A stretch of DNA of 64,000 nt from Clostridia bacterium. GTDB taxonomy: Bacteria > Bacillota > Clostridia > JAAYHZ01. The translations under genes and the position numbers were made by a program. Shown here piece by piece: positions 61,193 through 64,000 of this stretch. The notes beneath the pieces were generated by a model, which saw only the letters and a program-made list of their open reading frames with translations, was not told the origin of the DNA and searched no databases. The stretch covers positions 96,001-160,000 of the forward strand of contig JBMNIH010000008.1 in the NCBI GenBank assembly GCA_050950825.1. Reading direction: 5' to 3'. Position 1 is the first letter of the stretch. Each line of letters begins with the position of its first letter.

Positions 61193-64000
61193 ATTACGCA
61201 CTCCTTCTTTCGGGATCTTAAAAGCTCTTTCATTCCTTCATACGTCATTCCTTGTTCACGAGCAATATCGGCGGCAAAGCTTCGTCCGTCGGCCTTTCCT
61301 TCCTTAATCTTAAAGGTTCGTTCGTACGTTTTTTCTCCGCTCAATAGGGCTTCTTTCACCCCTGCCGTCAAGGAAACGATTTTATACGGACTGTCCGATT
61401 TTTCGTTCAAGGAATCGGATTCTTTCGACAGCTCGTGAAGATGGGTGGAATAGACGGTTTTAACGCCTTTATCTCTCAGTCCTTTAATGACATGGCAAGC
61501 AATAATAAATCCGTCGTAGGCCGATGCGGAGGATACCGATTCGTTCATAAGGAGCATATCCTTTGAGGATAACACCCCAAGCAAGGCGGTCAGCTCTTTT
61601 AGCTCCTCTCCTAAACGGCCTTCCCCGAAAACTTTGTTTTCCCTTTTTAAAAAATGCGTAGCCAAATTCCCTACGGGTGCCATTTCGGCGTATTCCGCCG
61701 GCACATACAACCCTCCTTGGAAGAAGACCTGCGCCGTACCGATGGCTTTTAAAAAAGTGGTCTTTCCTCCCCCGTTGGGTCCCGTGAGAATAAAAACTCG
61801 TTTTCCTTCGGAAAAATCGATGTCATTTAACACTAGGGTATCCCCTTTGTTTTCTTGAAAAAGATATAATGCGGTTGCAATATCCCACAGCCCTTGGATT
61901 TTTGTATTGTCTTCCGTGATTTTCGGTCTGCACATGGGAGCTCCCAGCTTCATCAAATCCTTTGTGAATCGATAAGCCGCCGTATAGAATTGAATCTCCG
62001 ATGCCAAACGAAGCAGATTTCCCCCGTGCTCCGCTATATAGGAATCCATTCCGTCGGACAGCTGCTGCAAGCTTTGGTCAATATATCGTTTGACATCGTT
62101 TAGGAACACCGCATCTTGGTTAAAAGCTTCCGGCTTCGGTTTAAAGGCTCGCATAAGAACCGGAACTTCCAAGACGGCTCTGTAAAATCTATCGGCCAAA
62201 GGTCTTTTGCCGGCAGGAGGCTTCGGCGAAACCGTTTTAATAATATCGGCTTGAGATTCCTTCGGTAGTTTTAAAAATCCCACATTATAAAGCTCCATTT
62301 CGTCGGGCTCCAGTTTGGCGTTAAACCGAACTTGAATTTTCAAGTTTCGCATCCCGACGATTTCCTTTTCCAATTTCGGGAGTAATTCTTTCAGGTTCGA
62401 GACTTCTTTTTGATCGTGCATTTCTCGAACGAATTCCTTAAGCCGTAACAAGCCTTCGCTTCGAATATCACTTCGATTAAGGATTTGAAGCAAGGATTCC
62501 AAGCAGCTTATATACCGATCCAAGGACCGTATCTTCCACCGGATTCTGCGTCTGTGGTCCGGCAGCCTGTTATACTTATCGCGAATGTGTTCCTCAAAAG
62601 CGGCCACCTCTTCGATCCATTTTATGAAATCCTCCGCCATTGCTTCATTCGCCATCAACTCATAAAAGATTTCCTGACGATACGAAATATTCTCCCTGTC
62701 CGCAGGAATACGGTTTAAGTACTTTAAAAACCCGGCGTAGCTTCGGTCCGTATTCGATGCAAATTCGATCAGGGAATCCATACCGATATCCGATAATGTT
62801 TTTTCCGTTATTTCCGTTTCGATATGGAAATCTTGGTATAATAAACTGAAGGAATCGTTTCTCACAAGCTTATGCTCCGAAAAGTAATCCCCATGTCCTG
62901 TCGGATTGTAAGAAAGACCGTAGCGTCTTACGATTTCGTCGGCATAGCTTTCCCCGTCGGGCAATCCTTTTTCGATTTTGTATGTAGCCTTATGGTTTTT
63001 AACGCCGTTTATCTGTTCCGTTTCTACACCGGCAGTCCATGAATCTACTTTGCTTTTCACCGAGGCGCAAAGATTTCGCTCCTCCCATCCGAAAGCCAAA
63101 GGATGAAGATGGGTTGCAAAAACGCTTTTTACGCCCAACTCCGAGAGGATTTTTATGAAATCCGTACATATAGCCAAACTGTCGTCTTTTCCCGTGCTTG
63201 ACAAAGACTCGTTGAGAAGAACCAAATCCCCTTCTTCCGCTTGCATTAATATATTTTTCAGCTTGTTCAGTTCTTTTCCAAGATGTCCTTGCCCGTACAC
63301 TTTTTCTTCCTCTTTGGGAAAATGGGTAAAAATTTTACGGACCGGGCTCATCCGGGCAAAGCTTCCCGGAACGGGCAAGCCGTTTTGAAATAACAGCCAT
63401 AGACAACCGATACCTCGTACATAAGTTGTCTTTCCCCCCTTGTTAATGCCGGTCAGAATATGTATACGTCCCGTATCGTCAAAAACCGCTTGGTTTTTAA
63501 CGGCGGTTTTCGAATCTACCCCGGATTTTGTCATTCTCATGACAAGGCCGAGGTCCGTCATTTCATGAACAATCCCTATATTCTCTTCCATAGAGCACAC
63601 TTTCGGCATACATATTGGAATATCTTTTTCTTTCCAATACTCGATGAATTTTAAAGCTGCCAAGTAAAAATCAAAACCGTAATCCAAGTCACAAAGCACA
63701 AGGAAGTCTTTTTCGGAATAAGCATTAAGAATAGGGTCCAAATCCTTGAAAACGGCTTCCATCTCCGACCGAAAAGTTTGGTTGTAAAGAGTCCTGATTC
63801 CGGGAACGGAATGGCTCAATACGGAAAAAGCATACCTTTTTCCTTCCTCCGGTCCGAATAGCGCCCTCGCCAAAGTTAAAGGGTCTTCTTCCTCGTTGTG
63901 AGATTTGACAACCGTCGTAAAAAGCGGTCGGTATTCTGCATTAAAAAGAACGTTTAAAGAAAAAGTACCGGTATCCTTCACTTTTTTCCTTATGGTCGGC
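61189..64000 (-). CDS. MutS-related protein with two tandem MutS ATPase domains (5' end probably outside window)
   Basis: ILTGINKGGKTT..LLNESLSST..FATHLH and ILTGPNGGGKTT..LMNESVSS..YSTHLH; frame stays open from GTG 63981 to the window edge. Confidence 0.85.
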   Translation of the reverse strand, partial: PTIRKKVKDTGTFSLNVLFNAEYRPLFTTVVKSHNEEEDPLTLARALFGPEEGKRYAFSVLSHSVPGIRTLYNQTFRSEMEAVFKDLDPILNAYSEKDFLVLCDLDYGFDFYLAALKFIEYWKEKDIPICMPKVCSMEENIGIVHEMTDLGLVMRMTKSGVDSKTAVKNQAVFDDTGRIHILTGINKGGKTTYVRGIGCLWLLFQNGLPVPGSFARMSPVRKIFTHFPKEEEKVYGQGHLGKELNKLKNILMQAEEGDLVLLNESLSSTGKDDSLAICTDFIKILSELGVKSVFATHLHPLAFGWEERNLCASVKSKVDSWTAGVETEQINGVKNHKATYKIEKGLPDGESYADEIVRRYGLSYNPTGHGDYFSEHKLVRNDSFSLLYQDFHIETEITEKTLSDIGMDSLIEFASNTDRSYAGFLKYLNRIPADRENISYRQEIFYELMANEAMAEDFIKWIEEVAAFEEHIRDKYNRLPDHRRRIRWKIRSLDRYISCLESLLQILNRSDIRSEGLLRLKEFVREMHDQKEVSNLKELLPKLEKEIVGMRNLKIQVRFNAKLEPDEMELYNVGFLKLPKESQADIIKTVSPKPPAGKRPLADRFYRAVLEVPVLMRAFKPKPEAFNQDAVFLNDVKRYIDQSLQQLSDGMDSYIAEHGGNLLRLASEIQFYTAAYRFTKDLMKLGAPMCRPKITEDNTKIQGLWDIATALYLFQENKGDTLVLNDIDFSEGKRVFILTGPNGGGKTTFLKAIGTAQVFFQGGLYVPAEYAEMAPVGNLATHFLKRENKVFGEGRLGEELKELTALLGVLSSKDMLLMNESVSSASAYDGFIIACHVIKGLRDKGVKTVYSTHLHELSKESDSLNEKSDSPYKIVSLTAGVKEALLSGEKTYERTFKIKEGKADGRSFAADIAREQGMTYEGMKELLRSRKKECVI

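Overview
This is a chromosomal window from a spore-forming-type Clostridia (Bacillota) genome; the lineage is inferred from gene content and sigmaA promoters. (1) A minus-strand core block holds rpoB-rpoC-rpsL-rpsG-fusA-tuf and lon, detached from rplKAJL. Both RNA polymerase subunits carry long acidic tails, and EF-G has an H-to-Y change equivalent to the S. aureus fusidic-acid-resistance allele. (2) A flavinylation/extracellular-electron-transfer-type locus encodes a NusG-II protein, a Gx/HepS-like protein, a MenA-like prenyltransferase, an Ndh2-DoxX fusion, a polyprenyl synthase, an FMN-binding lipoprotein and ApbE. (3) A 5.1-kb nested IS stack consists of a decayed Cys-rich IS30-like element (25-bp IRs, 13-bp direct repeat, six 18-bp end motifs, strongly structured non-coding end) into which an IS256 and an IS4-superfamily element inserted. 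(4) tRNA-Gly and tRNA-Arg are followed by a decayed island carrying AbiEi/AbiEii. (5) An archaeal-type cysteate synthase is coupled to a heavily frameshifted APS reductase aprAB. (6) The remainder includes a sugar-acid catabolic operon, a thioester-less alpha-2-macroglobulin, envelope proteins, a SigI/RsgI pair with a low-complexity tail, and a tandem double-ATPase MutS-like protein coupled to two membrane proteins. All family calls come from motif recognition by eye; no database searches were run.
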